Of a stretch of DNA of 64,000 nt, positions 23,018 to 31,815 are shown piece after piece; position 1 is the first letter of the stretch; every line of letters starts with the position of its first letter. Location of the stretch: IMG/VR virus record IMGVR_UViG_3300033407_000002, positions 1 through 64,000 of that record; one strand, written 5' to 3'. Source of the stretch: a virus. The translations under genes were made by a program, and so were the position numbers. Below the pieces are notes generated by a model. It had not been told where the DNA came from and did not search any database. It saw only the letters and a program-made list of their open reading frames with translations.

Positions 23018-24240
23018 AATGGCAAACGCATTTGCTGAAGTCGCTTCTTTTGCAGTTCGGTATACGCCTCGCATATCTCGCACCCAATCCAGTCCCGACC
23101 CAGATCCTGCGCGACTTGTGCCGTGGTTCCCGATCCCAAGAAGGGGTCAAGTACGCGACCTCTCCGTGTTGCCCCGCCACACTGACAAGCTGCATGGAAG
23201 CCGCGGTCGATGTAACTAGTGACGTGCCGCTCCGCATCGCGATTGCCGACTACCTGCTCGTAGCGGTCGGACTTGTACTCATCTGAATGCTGCAGATCGC
23301 GGTCTTGAAACTGCCGAGAATTTCTTCCGGGCAGTTTTGTTTTCTCGCCTGGCCTGGTTGGCCTGCGCTCCGAGTCAACGACTCGTACCCATGGCTTTCC
23401 GCATTCGAGGCAGACGGTTTCGGGGCATCCTGCGAGAATGCAGGGTTCTACGAGCTTTCGAGGAAACGCGGCAAAGTGCTGGCCACTATAACTTTCTGCA
23501 GGAATGGTCCAAACCGATCTCTTGTTTCGGCGGTCGACTAAGTCAGTGACATGATCCTGGAAGTGGGCATTCTGCTTCGACTTGGTCTTTCCATTGCGTG
23601 TGTTACTGAGCGCCTTGGGTGCCTGCGCCCGTCCGCGACTATGCGTATTCTCGCTGCACGGCTCGCTGATAGCGTACCAGTCGTAGAAATATTTCCGCCG
23701 CTTCGCCAGAAGAAACAGATACTCATGGGCAGTCGTACAGCGATCCCGGACCGACGATGGCATCGGTGAGGGTTTTTCCCAGATTATGTCCTGTCTCAAA
23801 ACCCAACCAGCATCCTGGAGAGCAAACGCAAGCCTCCATGGAATGCCAAGCATGTTTTTTGGTGCGCGACCTGTGTTTTTCGACGGTCCCGTAATCGCTT
23901 TTCCAAGCGGTGCCGCTTTACATTGCCCGCCAGAAATTGTGCTAAGCCTTGCATTGCCTTCCTGGCCTCGAGATTGAGCGCCCCAACTCCCTGAATAAGT
24001 TTCTCCGATGTTTAGCCATAGCGTGCCATGGTCCGCAAGAACCCGCTTCACCTCAGAAAACACGCTGGCCAGTTCGGCGATGTATTCACCTGGCGTTTGC
24101 TCCAAGCCGATCTGTCCGTCTGCGCCGTAGTCTCTCAGGCCCCAGTAAGGAGGACTCGTGATACAACAGTCGATCGAACTGTCGGGGATCGACTTGAGAG
24201 TCTGCCGATTGTCTCCGATGAGGACTTGATTCAACTCCAT
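23014..24240 (-). CDS. DNA methyltransferase (N6-adenine/N4-cytosine, beta class)
   Basis: Motif IV ITSPPYWGLRDYG near the N-terminus and motif I VLDPFLGSGTTAQVA near the C-terminus; 408 aa. Confidence 0.85.
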   Translation of the reverse strand: MELNQVLIGDNRQTLKSIPDSSIDCCITSPPYWGLRDYGADGQIGLEQTPGEYIAELASVFSEVKRVLADHGTLWLNIGETYSGSWGAQSRGQEGNARLSTISGGQCKAAPLGKAITGPSKNTGRAPKNMLGIPWRLAFALQDAGWVLRQDIIWEKPSPMPSSVRDRCTTAHEYLFLLAKRRKYFYDWYAISEPCSENTHSRGRAQAPKALSNTRNGKTKSKQNAHFQDHVTDLVDRRNKRSVWTIPAESYSGQHFAAFPRKLVEPCILAGCPETVCLECGKPWVRVVDSERRPTRPGEKTKLPGRNSRQFQDRDLQHSDEYKSDRYEQVVGNRDAERHVTSYIDRGFHAACQCGGATRRGRVLDPFLGSGTTAQVAQDLGRDWIGCEICEAYTELQKKRLQQMRLPL

Positions 24241-27200
24241 TAGACCGCCGTCCTTAACTGCAACTGCCTCTGACCCATCGACTCCAGTAGACTCTTTGCG
24301 AGAGCAAGCCCCATGGACTCGCCGGCATCGCTAAGCGAACAAAGACCGTCACTAGAAAAACGGCCGTCAATTGATTCCGATGCCTGGATTTTCGCACCCA
24401 TCAACTCAACCAACCGCTGCTCCATACACGCCTCGTAGTGCATGTGGATTACCTTGCACGGCTCCGACTGTCCGATCCGGTACGCCCGGCCACTGGCCTG
24501 CCGCGTCGTCGAAGTCGATAGCGAATTCTGCCACCAAACTAAAGTCGCGAAGTTGTACTTATATCCGCCGTTCCCATCCCGCAGAAACAAATCGAGCCCC
24601 GTTTCGACCAGACGGGCATTGGAGATAATCACATCGCACCCCGGCGCATTACGAGCTATCCACTCCTCACGCTTCTTGGTCGACACTGCTTGGCTCCTGA
24701 GTACCTTGACCCGTAAACCGACCCTCTCTAGTAAGGACTCCAAGCGGACCTGAACATCACGCTTTTGCGTCATTTCTACAAAGATCCATACCTGACGGCC
24801 GGCCCGCGATTCAGCCCGGACCGTTTCTATCAACTCCCGCTCCTTGGGCCGTATCGTCGTCCGGCTCAAATTGCCCGGCGTTACCAAGTCGCACCACTCC
24901 CCGAACTCATCCTGATACCCGATCGAATCCCAGCCGTATGGAAAATCCGGATATCCGATTAAGCAGTGAACGAGCCGGCTCAAAAGGCTCATATCCTTCT
25001 TCTCCATCGCTACCTTTATCGCCCCCGCCATAGCCCGCTCGAGCTTGCGATACTCGGCCGCTTGCTCGCAGTCCATCGCCACTGACCGGACTGTCTTCTC
25101 CATCGATGGCAGTTCATCCGATACGTCAGCCAGACTGAGGAAAACTGACTTATCCAAGACGTGATCGCCGAACAAACTGGGCATGATTCCCGGCCGTACC
25201 TTGACAGTCGTTCGGCCCTTGCTGCCGCGACTGGTACGGTTCGATTCACCGAGCTTAGAGCGGACCGTCTTCTCCAGCCGGCCGTAGCGGCGAACAAACT
25301 CGGTCGTCTGACTGTAACTAAATCCGAGAGTCTTCAGTGTGGCTGGACTGCTCCGCCATAACAGATGGAAGATTGAATGCGCGTAGCCGTTTAAGTACGT
25401 TCCGGTGAGCGGCAGAACGTGGTCGACCGACTTTACTAATTTCGATGCTGAGCATGCTATCGCACTGGAGGCGGCACACGCAGTGTGCACTTCGTCGAGT
25501 ATCGCGTACTGGAACATCCCCCGCATTTTCTTGTGTATGTAGGTCGCGACCGGCCACCTGTCTAGTTCATGCGTCCACTGCCATAGCGGCGACTTGCACC
25601 CGGCGCAGTCGTGCTTCGTCTTCCCGAGGTCCTCGAGCGTCAGGAACTCGTAGCCGTCATCGCAGTCCTCGTTCCTCTTTCGCGGCTGGATATGACAGAC
25701 GGCGCAGTGCAGCGAACTACCGGTTACCGACTCCACTACGGCCGGCTCCCATGGCGTACCGAGCTTGGCCATCGACTCGCTGACAATGTAATACTCGGAG
25801 CCAGCCGGACTCACCCTGGAGCGTGCTAGTGGTATCAACTCGCGGTAGCGCTCGATGATTCTTGCAGTAGCCGCCGGCACGATAGCCGATATCTCGCGAG
25901 ACCACTTGGCTACCAGGTGCGGCGGACACATCACGATCGCTCGGTAGGGCCGGCAGGCAGCATGCGCATGGACGGCTAGCGTTGAAACAGAGGTGTTGTG
26001 AGTGACAATGCAGTCGTCCGTGACATAGAGATTCCTTTTAGTGCTTACCTTAATGCACTGGCATTCAGCCCAGCCAGCGTCTTGGATGTCACGAATGGAT
26101 CTTGCGGGAAGATACTTGGAGTTTGGCTTCCACTCCTTCTTTTTCCAAGACGATCTCGACGGGCTGATCGTGCTTGGCAGGCTTACGTTGATCCTGTAGT
26201 TCAACTGCCCTTCTTTTCTTTCGCCCTTGTACGAGAAGTACGGAACTCTCTGTGCGATAGAAGCACGACCGCCGATACTCCATACCAAAAATCGCACACC
26301 TTGAGCTAACTGCGGCGATACTGTGCTGTATTCGATGCCGCTTTTATAAAAGAACCCGTCCGTATCCAGCAGCCCCTGGAGCAACTGAACCCGTTGCTTC
26401 CAACTAGCGAACATATAGTCATGTGGAATGAACTTACTTTCAGCCCGCTTTTCCATGAGCCCAAGTGATTTGATTGCTCGAACTACTTCGTTTTTCTGCC
26501 CCTTCGTCTTACTGACAATACCGTAGTTCGCCCGCTCAGGATCTCTCCCTCGCTTCCTGAAAGTCGCTGTGCTTGGCAGCACCAATTCGATTAACTTCAG
26601 AATGTCGGGGTAAAACGTCGTGAAAGAAACAGTGTGATTTGTAAAGTGACCGTCACCAAGCAGCACTCCCAGCAAATACGGATCAAGTGGCAGTTTCTTG
26701 TCCTCTCCCCCTAGATTCAACAAAGGCAGGAAGAACTGACTCTGCAATGCGTAGCCCCCCTTGCCTCGCTTCAGAACACACTTGCCCTGCATTTGCCCTG
26801 CCGAGAGAACCTTGCCACCGGTCCCCCTGAATCGCTCGTTCGGCGTACGAACTAGCCACAAATGCTCATGGCAGCACCGCGTCTTTCCGCCGTCACTGGT
26901 GGTCACTTCAACAATCTGCTTAACGCCCTGGGGAAACACCCCCTCCACAAGCCCGACTCCACCATCAGGATCCACAACTTGGTCGCCGACCTTCATTTCG
27001 CCCATCAACTTCCATCCGGTCGGAGTCAACACCTTACAATCCAGCGGCTGTGCTTTTCCAGCCCCGATCTCGCCGATAAGATTGACGGTCCTTTGACCGG
27101 CGCGCATGGCTTTTACCATCGCGCAGATGGCATCGTACTGACCTCCGATCGGACGGCGGTTCTCAGGCGATAACTCGATAGACCGATCCCCTCGACGATG

Positions 27201-27278
27201 AAGCGGATCAAAGATGCTCTCTATCTTGGCCGATAACTCGTCGGCGTACTCAAGCATGTACTCTGCTACTGCACTCAC
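24240..27278 (-). CDS. SNF2/DEAD-like helicase, interrupted by an intein in the Walker A motif
   Basis: GTG start. GEIGAGK | intein | TSVSTL restores GxGKT. Also DExH (AILDEVH) and SNF2 motif VI (QASGRAYRIGQSEPCKV). The spliced product would be 659 aa. Confidence 0.85.
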   Translation of the reverse strand: MSAVAEYMLEYADELSAKIESIFDPLHRRGDRSIELSPENRRPIGGQYDAICAMVKAMRAGQRTVNLIGEIGAGKAQPLDCKVLTPTGWKLMGEMKVGDQVVDPDGGVGLVEGVFPQGVKQIVEVTTSDGGKTRCCHEHLWLVRTPNERFRGTGGKVLSAGQMQGKCVLKRGKGGYALQSQFFLPLLNLGGEDKKLPLDPYLLGVLLGDGHFTNHTVSFTTFYPDILKLIELVLPSTATFRKRGRDPERANYGIVSKTKGQKNEVVRAIKSLGLMEKRAESKFIPHDYMFASWKQRVQLLQGLLDTDGFFYKSGIEYSTVSPQLAQGVRFLVWSIGGRASIAQRVPYFSYKGERKEGQLNYRINVSLPSTISPSRSSWKKKEWKPNSKYLPARSIRDIQDAGWAECQCIKVSTKRNLYVTDDCIVTHNTSVSTLAVHAHAACRPYRAIVMCPPHLVAKWSREISAIVPAATARIIERYRELIPLARSRVSPAGSEYYIVSESMAKLGTPWEPAVVESVTGSSLHCAVCHIQPRKRNEDCDDGYEFLTLEDLGKTKHDCAGCKSPLWQWTHELDRWPVATYIHKKMRGMFQYAILDEVHTACAASSAIACSASKLVKSVDHVLPLTGTYLNGYAHSIFHLLWRSSPATLKTLGFSYSQTTEFVRRYGRLEKTVRSKLGESNRTSRGSKGRTTVKVRPGIMPSLFGDHVLDKSVFLSLADVSDELPSMEKTVRSVAMDCEQAAEYRKLERAMAGAIKVAMEKKDMSLLSRLVHCLIGYPDFPYGWDSIGYQDEFGEWCDLVTPGNLSRTTIRPKERELIETVRAESRAGRQVWIFVEMTQKRDVQVRLESLLERVGLRVKVLRSQAVSTKKREEWIARNAPGCDVIISNARLVETGLDLFLRDGNGGYKYNFATLVWWQNSLSTSTTRQASGRAYRIGQSEPCKVIHMHYEACMEQRLVELMGAKIQASESIDGRFSSDGLCSLSDAGESMGLALAKSLLESMGQRQLQLRTAV
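25995..27053 (-). mobile_element. intein (353 aa) with LAGLIDADG homing endonuclease; Ala1 / WCT class-3-type
   Basis: Residues 76-428 of the helicase. Block A is AQPLDCKVLTPTGW (Ala at position 1). Block B is ...CCHEHLW (Trp at B:12). LAGLIDADG motifs are LLGVLLGDGH and LLQGLLDTDGF. Block F is ECQCIKVS (Cys at F:4). Block G is IVTHN|T (Thr at G:5; HN with Thr at +1). Confidence 0.8.
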
Positions 27279-27412
27279 TTAGCATCCTCGCTGGCATTCC
27301 TCGCGTTCACACAATCGTCGCAATCGCCGCCCGCCGATTCTGTTCTGCGGCCGCATGTCGGACATACGTAAATGTCGGCATTGTCTTCTTGGTCCGGTTC
27401 GGTCGCGCTCAT
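27275..27412 (-). CDS. small zinc-ribbon protein (45 aa, not in ORF track)
   Basis: Own translation: MSATEPDQEDNADIYVCPTCGRRTESAGGDCDDCVNARNASEDAK. ATGA overlap with the upstream stop and GTGA overlap with the helicase start. Confidence 0.5.
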   Translation of the reverse strand: MSATEPDQEDNADIYVCPTCGRRTESAGGDCDDCVNARNASEDAK

Positions 27413-27951
27413 ACAAAAACCCGCCTTTGTTTAATCAACTTACTCACGATCACATCCACTTCCGCGCTCTCGAACTTCGCCACGTTTACCTCATAGCCAA
27501 AGCCGTTCGTGCCGCCGATCTTCGACCACCGATCCAGCTCCCCGCGTATCTGCGGAAGCCACGCCCTGAGCATCGGCGTGCTAATCCGGCTCGACATCAA
27601 ATACCGCCAGAGCGCCTCGTCAACCGGACCCAATAACAACTGCTCGTCGGCCGCTACGATCAATACCGATGCCGTCGAATAACCCGGCAGCCGAGCTATC
27701 GATACCCGGTAACCATCCTCGGAACACTTACTCACCCCGAACCCGGCCACGCTGACGCGGAACTCATTGCTGCCCCGCACCATCGCGCCAATCGCCCGAG
27801 CCACCATCGCTGGCGCGGCCACGTAAGCCAGTAACATCGCCGAGTCATCCATCCGCTCCGCAAACGCCACGGCCCGACCAGGCAAGTCGACCGCCTTACC
27901 GCTCGCATTCCACCTCTGAAACCTCACCTCCCGAACCGTCGACAATGTCAT
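27409..27951 (-). CDS. hypothetical protein
   Basis: 180-aa track ORF between the methyltransferase and the helicase. Confidence 0.55.
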   Translation of the reverse strand: MTLSTVREVRFQRWNASGKAVDLPGRAVAFAERMDDSAMLLAYVAAPAMVARAIGAMVRGSNEFRVSVAGFGVSKCSEDGYRVSIARLPGYSTASVLIVAADEQLLLGPVDEALWRYLMSSRISTPMLRAWLPQIRGELDRWSKIGGTNGFGYEVNVAKFESAEVDVIVSKLIKQRRVFV

Positions 27952-28825
27952 CTATCACCCCGCTTGCATCAACCTTGCGAATCAATAATTGAATCCGCTC
28001 CTCGATCACCTGCGTTACATAGCCGCCCGCCTTCGTCGTTTCCTTGACCCGCTCCACCTTGCGGCTCGTACCGCGAACCACATGCGGCGGCCGGCCCGGC
28101 TTGGCTACTCTGCCATTGAGATACCCAGCGGCTAACAACAACGCCTTGTGCCCATCCCCAAGCTCCAGTGGCGGCCTCAACTGACGACTCTCCCGATGAT
28201 TGCCAGTCATCGATTCAATCGCTCTATCGGTCCGCATTAACTTCAACAACTCTTGATCGGTGTACTGCTGTTTGCGGAACGCGAACATCACGCCAGCCCG
28301 CGCATCACGAACCGACAATTCGCTGGTCGACCGCAGGAAACCCATGTGAGTAAACTCATCGTTGATCGGCCTACGGCGCTTCGTGGCAATCACTACGCAC
28401 TCGTCGTAATCCCGCAACTCCTCCGGGAAGTCGAACGACTCCACGTCCGCATAGAGGTTATGGACCATCTTTCGCAGACCGCCGCCACGGACCCGAGAAC
28501 GCGGCACGACATAGATCAATATCCCCTGCGCAACCAGTATGTTCGTGGCCCGCGACAAGAACGTAGACTCCAGCCTTTCGGAGTACCCTAACTCACTGTC
28601 GTATGGCGGATTGAGATACAGCACGCTCGCGCCGCCACTCCCGTAAGTAGCCGACAGGAAGTCAACGCTACCCGTTACATGCGCTCGCGGCAGCCGCCGC
28701 ATGAGCGCCTCGGACCGGCCTACCTCAAGCTCAGCCGCTACGATCCGCTCTTGCGGTACTCCCAGCCGGATAGCCATCCGCTCGATCGCATGACCTTCAC
28801 CGGCGCATGGATCACAAAGAACCAT
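27896..28825 (-). CDS. N6-adenine DNA methyltransferase (gamma-like); true start probably upstream of the first ATG
   Basis: Motif I VLCDPCAGEGH and motif IV LYLNPPYD. The frame stays open a further 43 codons upstream (to 28954) and reads ...EKLGFYPCPLPVIDRISQLISPHPQ. Confidence 0.8.
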   Translation of the reverse strand: MVLCDPCAGEGHAIERMAIRLGVPQERIVAAELEVGRSEALMRRLPRAHVTGSVDFLSATYGSGGASVLYLNPPYDSELGYSERLESTFLSRATNILVAQGILIYVVPRSRVRGGGLRKMVHNLYADVESFDFPEELRDYDECVVIATKRRRPINDEFTHMGFLRSTSELSVRDARAGVMFAFRKQQYTDQELLKLMRTDRAIESMTGNHRESRQLRPPLELGDGHKALLLAAGYLNGRVAKPGRPPHVVRGTSRKVERVKETTKAGGYVTQVIEERIQLLIRKVDASGVIDDIVDGSGGEVSEVECER

Positions 28826-28960
28826 TTGCGGGTGCGGACTAATGAGCTGGCTGATTCGGTCGATGACCGGAAGCGGACACGGGTAGAAACCTAACTTCTC
28901 TCGAGCGGCTAAACGGGCGATTGCTTGGGTTCCTTTTCGGTCGACGAATGATCTCTACAC

Positions 28961-28991
28961 GTCAGACCGAAAATCAACTCAAGTATGTCGC
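28961..28991 (-). promoter_or_regulatory. promoter-like motif GCGACA-N18-GTC (copy 7)
   Basis: Minus strand: GCGACA TACTTGAGTTG ATTTTCG GTCTGAC. The predicted start site coincides with the beginning of the open frame of the methyltransferase. Confidence 0.5.
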
Positions 28992-29386
28992 GCCCAGCCG
29001 GATTGCACCGCCTTTAATGCCTCTTCAAATGCTTCGCGGTGATACGGATACTGCGTGTCGAACAACCAGAACGGGCGATCCCGCTGGGAGGTCAGTACGA
29101 AATCAATACACCAATCGCTCACGGCATTCGGCCAAACATGAGAATGGTAGGCGTTGACGAGCTTCCGCATCGTCTCTACGTCGCCGGACACCTTCAGCAG
29201 CCCATCCTCTTCCGTCTCCATGTCAAGCTTTGGAAAGTAGCTCAACTCATTGATTGGCCTGATCGTTCCGTCAGAGTCCAATCCGACAGGCTCCAGTTCA
29301 GGTCCGCTTGGCGGTCGCAATGCCGACAAGCCCAGAAGGCCCGACGCTGCATTGATTAGAAACGTCCGTCGCTCGTACATGCTCAC
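28979..29386 (-). CDS. secreted protein with twin-arginine (Tat) signal
   Basis: N-terminus MSMYERRTFLINAASGLLGLSAL matches S/T-R-R-x-F-L followed by a hydrophobic region. Confidence 0.6.
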   Translation of the reverse strand: MSMYERRTFLINAASGLLGLSALRPPSGPELEPVGLDSDGTIRPINELSYFPKLDMETEEDGLLKVSGDVETMRKLVNAYHSHVWPNAVSDWCIDFVLTSQRDRPFWLFDTQYPYHREAFEEALKAVQSGWARHT

Positions 29387-29396
29387 CTCGTTGCAG

Positions 29397-29558
29397 TCAA
29401 AGCCGTCCCGTCAGAAGCAATATCAACAGAATGATCAGGAGCACTCCGACAAGGCCACCGGGACCGTATCCCCAGTTTCGGCTATGCGGCCAAGTTGGCA
29501 ACGCCCCGAGCAGCAACAGGATCAGAATGATTATGAGAATGGTTGAAAGTGAGATCAT
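29397..29558 (-). CDS. DUF3309-family small membrane protein (53 aa, not in ORF track)
   Basis: Own translation: MISLSTILIIILILLLLGALPTWPHSRNWGYGPGGLVGVLLIILLILLLTGRL. GALPTWP...WGYGP is the family signature. ATGA overlap with the upstream stop. Confidence 0.65.
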   Translation of the reverse strand: MISLSTILIIILILLLLGALPTWPHSRNWGYGPGGLVGVLLIILLILLLTGRL

Positions 29559-29980
29559 GGCTTGTCTCCTTGAGTGGCTCTGAGATACATCAATTCCAGT
29601 AAGCCGGTAATAGCTTCTCTAGCCGCATCGTCAACATCGCCTTTACTTGTTTCGACCGAGCCGATCCAGCGACGTTCAGCTTCACAAGGCACTTCTAAAC
29701 CAAAGAGTTTTCCCGGTAACTTGTTCTGAAACATATACGAGAGTCTCTCTATGTCGGGAGAACCCACAAATCGCAGGCTTCCTCCGAGCGGCGTTAATCG
29801 CATCGCTGCAAACGCGGGCAGTTTATGCCAGCCGTCCCACTTCATGTTGTCCCATTGGTCACGGGACAGGTTTTCCTCAGCGAGAAACCGATCTACGGCC
29901 TTAGCCCGAATGCCGGCTACCATCTCCACGAACGACCGTTTTTCATGTGACATGGTTGCGTCGGCGGAAAGGTGGTTCAT
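29555..29980 (-). CDS. hypothetical protein
   Basis: 141-aa track ORF. Confidence 0.5.
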   Translation of the reverse strand: MNHLSADATMSHEKRSFVEMVAGIRAKAVDRFLAEENLSRDQWDNMKWDGWHKLPAFAAMRLTPLGGSLRFVGSPDIERLSYMFQNKLPGKLFGLEVPCEAERRWIGSVETSKGDVDDAAREAITGLLELMYLRATQGDKP

Positions 29981-29986
29981 GGTTGC

Positions 29987-30295
29987 TCAGCGACCTACGT
30001 AAGGACCAAGTGGCGTCTTGTAACCCACGCCACCAACAGCCTGATGATTCGTGCGAGAGAAATAGAACCCAACAATGAGAAACATTACGTTGACTAAATA
30101 AATGTTTTCTATTTTCATTATCGTCGTTGCGACAACACTGAATGTAATTGTCAATGCAATGAGAGCTTGTGTGTACTCCCAAACCAAACTGACATTACGC
30201 TGTCCCTTTGTGACGCGGTTTTCTTCCGCAGTTGTCGTTGGAGGAAGTGTAGTCTTATCTTCTGAGTCGATGATAGTTTCAGGCGTATCTGTCAT
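29987..30295 (-). CDS. hypothetical membrane protein (2 TM, holin-like topology)
   Basis: 102 aa. TM segments ALIALTITFSVVATTI and VNVMFLIVGFYF. Lies in a locally AT-richer stretch. Confidence 0.5.
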   Translation of the reverse strand: MTDTPETIIDSEDKTTLPPTTTAEENRVTKGQRNVSLVWEYTQALIALTITFSVVATTIMKIENIYLVNVMFLIVGFYFSRTNHQAVGGVGYKTPLGPYVGR

Positions 30296-30681
30296 TGGTT
30301 CTCTGGAAGCCTAGGGACTTCCTCTACTGGATTAACTAAAGGTTCGGGAACAACTAAAGGTTCTTGCTCTCCATTATCTTCACGCTCAGGTAATGTTGAA
30401 GACACAACTTCATTCCGTGCTTCTATCTCTTCGATGGTTTCTCTTGTAAAAAATCGTCGAGGTATAACGACATTTGGATTCGCTTTAAAGAACTGATGCC
30501 ACTTTCGTTCACTTAATTCTTGAGCTGCCGTCAGTGCTTCGCGATGTGCGATGATATCGAGCCGCGTTGCATGAGTGATGTAGCCAGTGATCCCGATCAC
30601 CGACAGTACGATCACGAATACGATCGCGTCAACGATCGGATTCTTCTTCCACCTCGAAACCCAACCCTCTGAATATGGCAC
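30292..30681 (-). CDS. hypothetical N-terminally anchored membrane protein
   Basis: 129 aa. TM segment IVDAIVFVIVLSVIGITGYI followed by an acidic/Pro-rich tail. Confidence 0.5.
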   Translation of the reverse strand: MPYSEGWVSRWKKNPIVDAIVFVIVLSVIGITGYITHATRLDIIAHREALTAAQELSERKWHQFFKANPNVVIPRRFFTRETIEEIEARNEVVSSTLPEREDNGEQEPLVVPEPLVNPVEEVPRLPENQ

Positions 30682-31000
30682 GCAAAACTTTCTTTATTAC
30701 TGTTTTAGCGAACTCCGTGACCTCGAGCGTGAAGTAACCAACGAATACCGCCACGGCCAAATAATAGATAGGACCAACAATGGAATCAGGACTGCGGCCA
30801 ATCCACAAAGCAACGCCTCCAAAACTGACAATTCCAGACGAAAGTATGCTACCGAGGCTGCGATGGAAACCAGGATAAGTTTGATCGCGAAGCAAGCGAG
30901 CCAATCCACCCAGGCAGCCGAACAGAAGCACCGCTGCGTAGTAAACGATTTCCGTTCTTTCAAATTCCACTTCATCGCATCCCGGCCTTCGGAGTTGCAT
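30629..31000 (-). CDS. hypothetical multi-pass membrane protein (holin-like)
   Basis: 123 aa with 3 predicted TM segments. The alternative frame 30697..31020 was judged less likely. Confidence 0.45.
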   Translation of the reverse strand: MQLRRPGCDEVEFERTEIVYYAAVLLFGCLGGLARLLRDQTYPGFHRSLGSILSSGIVSFGGVALWIGRSPDSIVGPIYYLAVAVFVGYFTLEVTEFAKTVIKKVLRAIFRGLGFEVEEESDR

Positions 31001-31003
31001 CTA

Positions 31004-31120
31004 TCACAAGCACGCGGCAACCACCGCCACGATCACAGCACCGACGAGCACGAGCACAATCGCACCAGTTGCCCCAGCGATGGTTCGCACGTCGTCCTCG
31101 TCATCAAAATCCGCGTTCAC
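31004..31120 (-). CDS. small single-TM protein (38 aa, not in ORF track)
   Basis: Own translation from a GTG (GTGA overlap with the upstream stop): VNADFDDEDDVRTIAGATGAIVLVLVGAVIVAVVAACL. Confidence 0.35.
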   Translation of the reverse strand: MNADFDDEDDVRTIAGATGAIVLVLVGAVIVAVVAACL

Positions 31121-31488
31121 TTCCAAACTCGCTTCCGATTTTCGAACGGGTAAACTTGCCGATTGTCACTCTCTGGATTTTGTGTCGTCCATGTTTCCAC
31201 GATGGTATCAGAGTAAATCACCAGTCGCTTTTCACGCTCTGGGTAATGGTCGTAAGCAGGAGGAGCGTAGTGGAAGTACACGGCATCATGGAAGATGGTT
31301 ATGTCTCTCGCTCTCCGGTAGTCCTCGCAAACATAAGTTCCACATTCAGTTCGCCGCCAGCAAATTACCTGTGTAAACTGCGGGAAGCCCACCTCGGTAG
31401 CTAGGTGATTTATCTCGACTGCGTCACAGGACGCAGGTTCCTTTCCCTCGCTGGAAAACAGAGCTAGAAGTAAAATCAGCGATGGCAT
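31117..31488 (-). CDS. secreted protein (signal peptide)
   Basis: 123 aa; N-terminus MPSLILLLALFSS. Confidence 0.5.
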   Translation of the reverse strand: MPSLILLLALFSSEGKEPASCDAVEINHLATEVGFPQFTQVICWRRTECGTYVCEDYRRARDITIFHDAVYFHYAPPAYDHYPEREKRLVIYSDTIVETWTTQNPESDNRQVYPFENRKRVWK

Positions 31489-31530
31489 CGAACTAACCTC
31501 CGCAGCCCAGTCGCTCCGTACACTGCACGC

Positions 31531-31776
31531 TTATCGAACCAACCTCCGCACGAAACTCCTTACCGGCTGCCGAGCAACAATCCGCTGCCGAGTCGCCTGA
31601 ATCGTCGCGGTTACTCTCGTCGCCACAACAGACCGACTGACAGCCGATGACCTGGCAACTACCGGAGCCACCGCGCGAACCCGTATCGAACATTCGCCAT
31701 TGGCGCACTGAGCGTCCGCCTGCGAACAAGTGAAGCTGCAAGCCACCAACGCCGCCAAACAACCTAAACGTCGCAT
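31531..31776 (-). CDS. small secreted Arg/Val-rich protein
   Basis: Track ORF trimmed to ATG 31776 (MRRLGCLAALVACSFTCSQADAQC...), with AGGAA 8 nt upstream. Confidence 0.45.
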   Translation of the reverse strand: MRRLGCLAALVACSFTCSQADAQCANGECSIRVRAVAPVVARSSAVSRSVVATRVTATIQATRQRIVARQPVRSFVRRLVR

Positions 31777-31815
31777 TACCATTTCCTTCCTAGATCCCAG
31801 AACTCCAAAACACCA

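Noticed and set aside
23014-28825. DISARM or BREX-type defence system
   Set aside because: Only methyltransferase and SNF2-helicase components are present. There are no DrmA/DrmB (DUF1998), PLD, PglZ, BrxC or BrxL-like genes, and the context is a phage lytic operon. It is more consistent with self-protection or anti-restriction.
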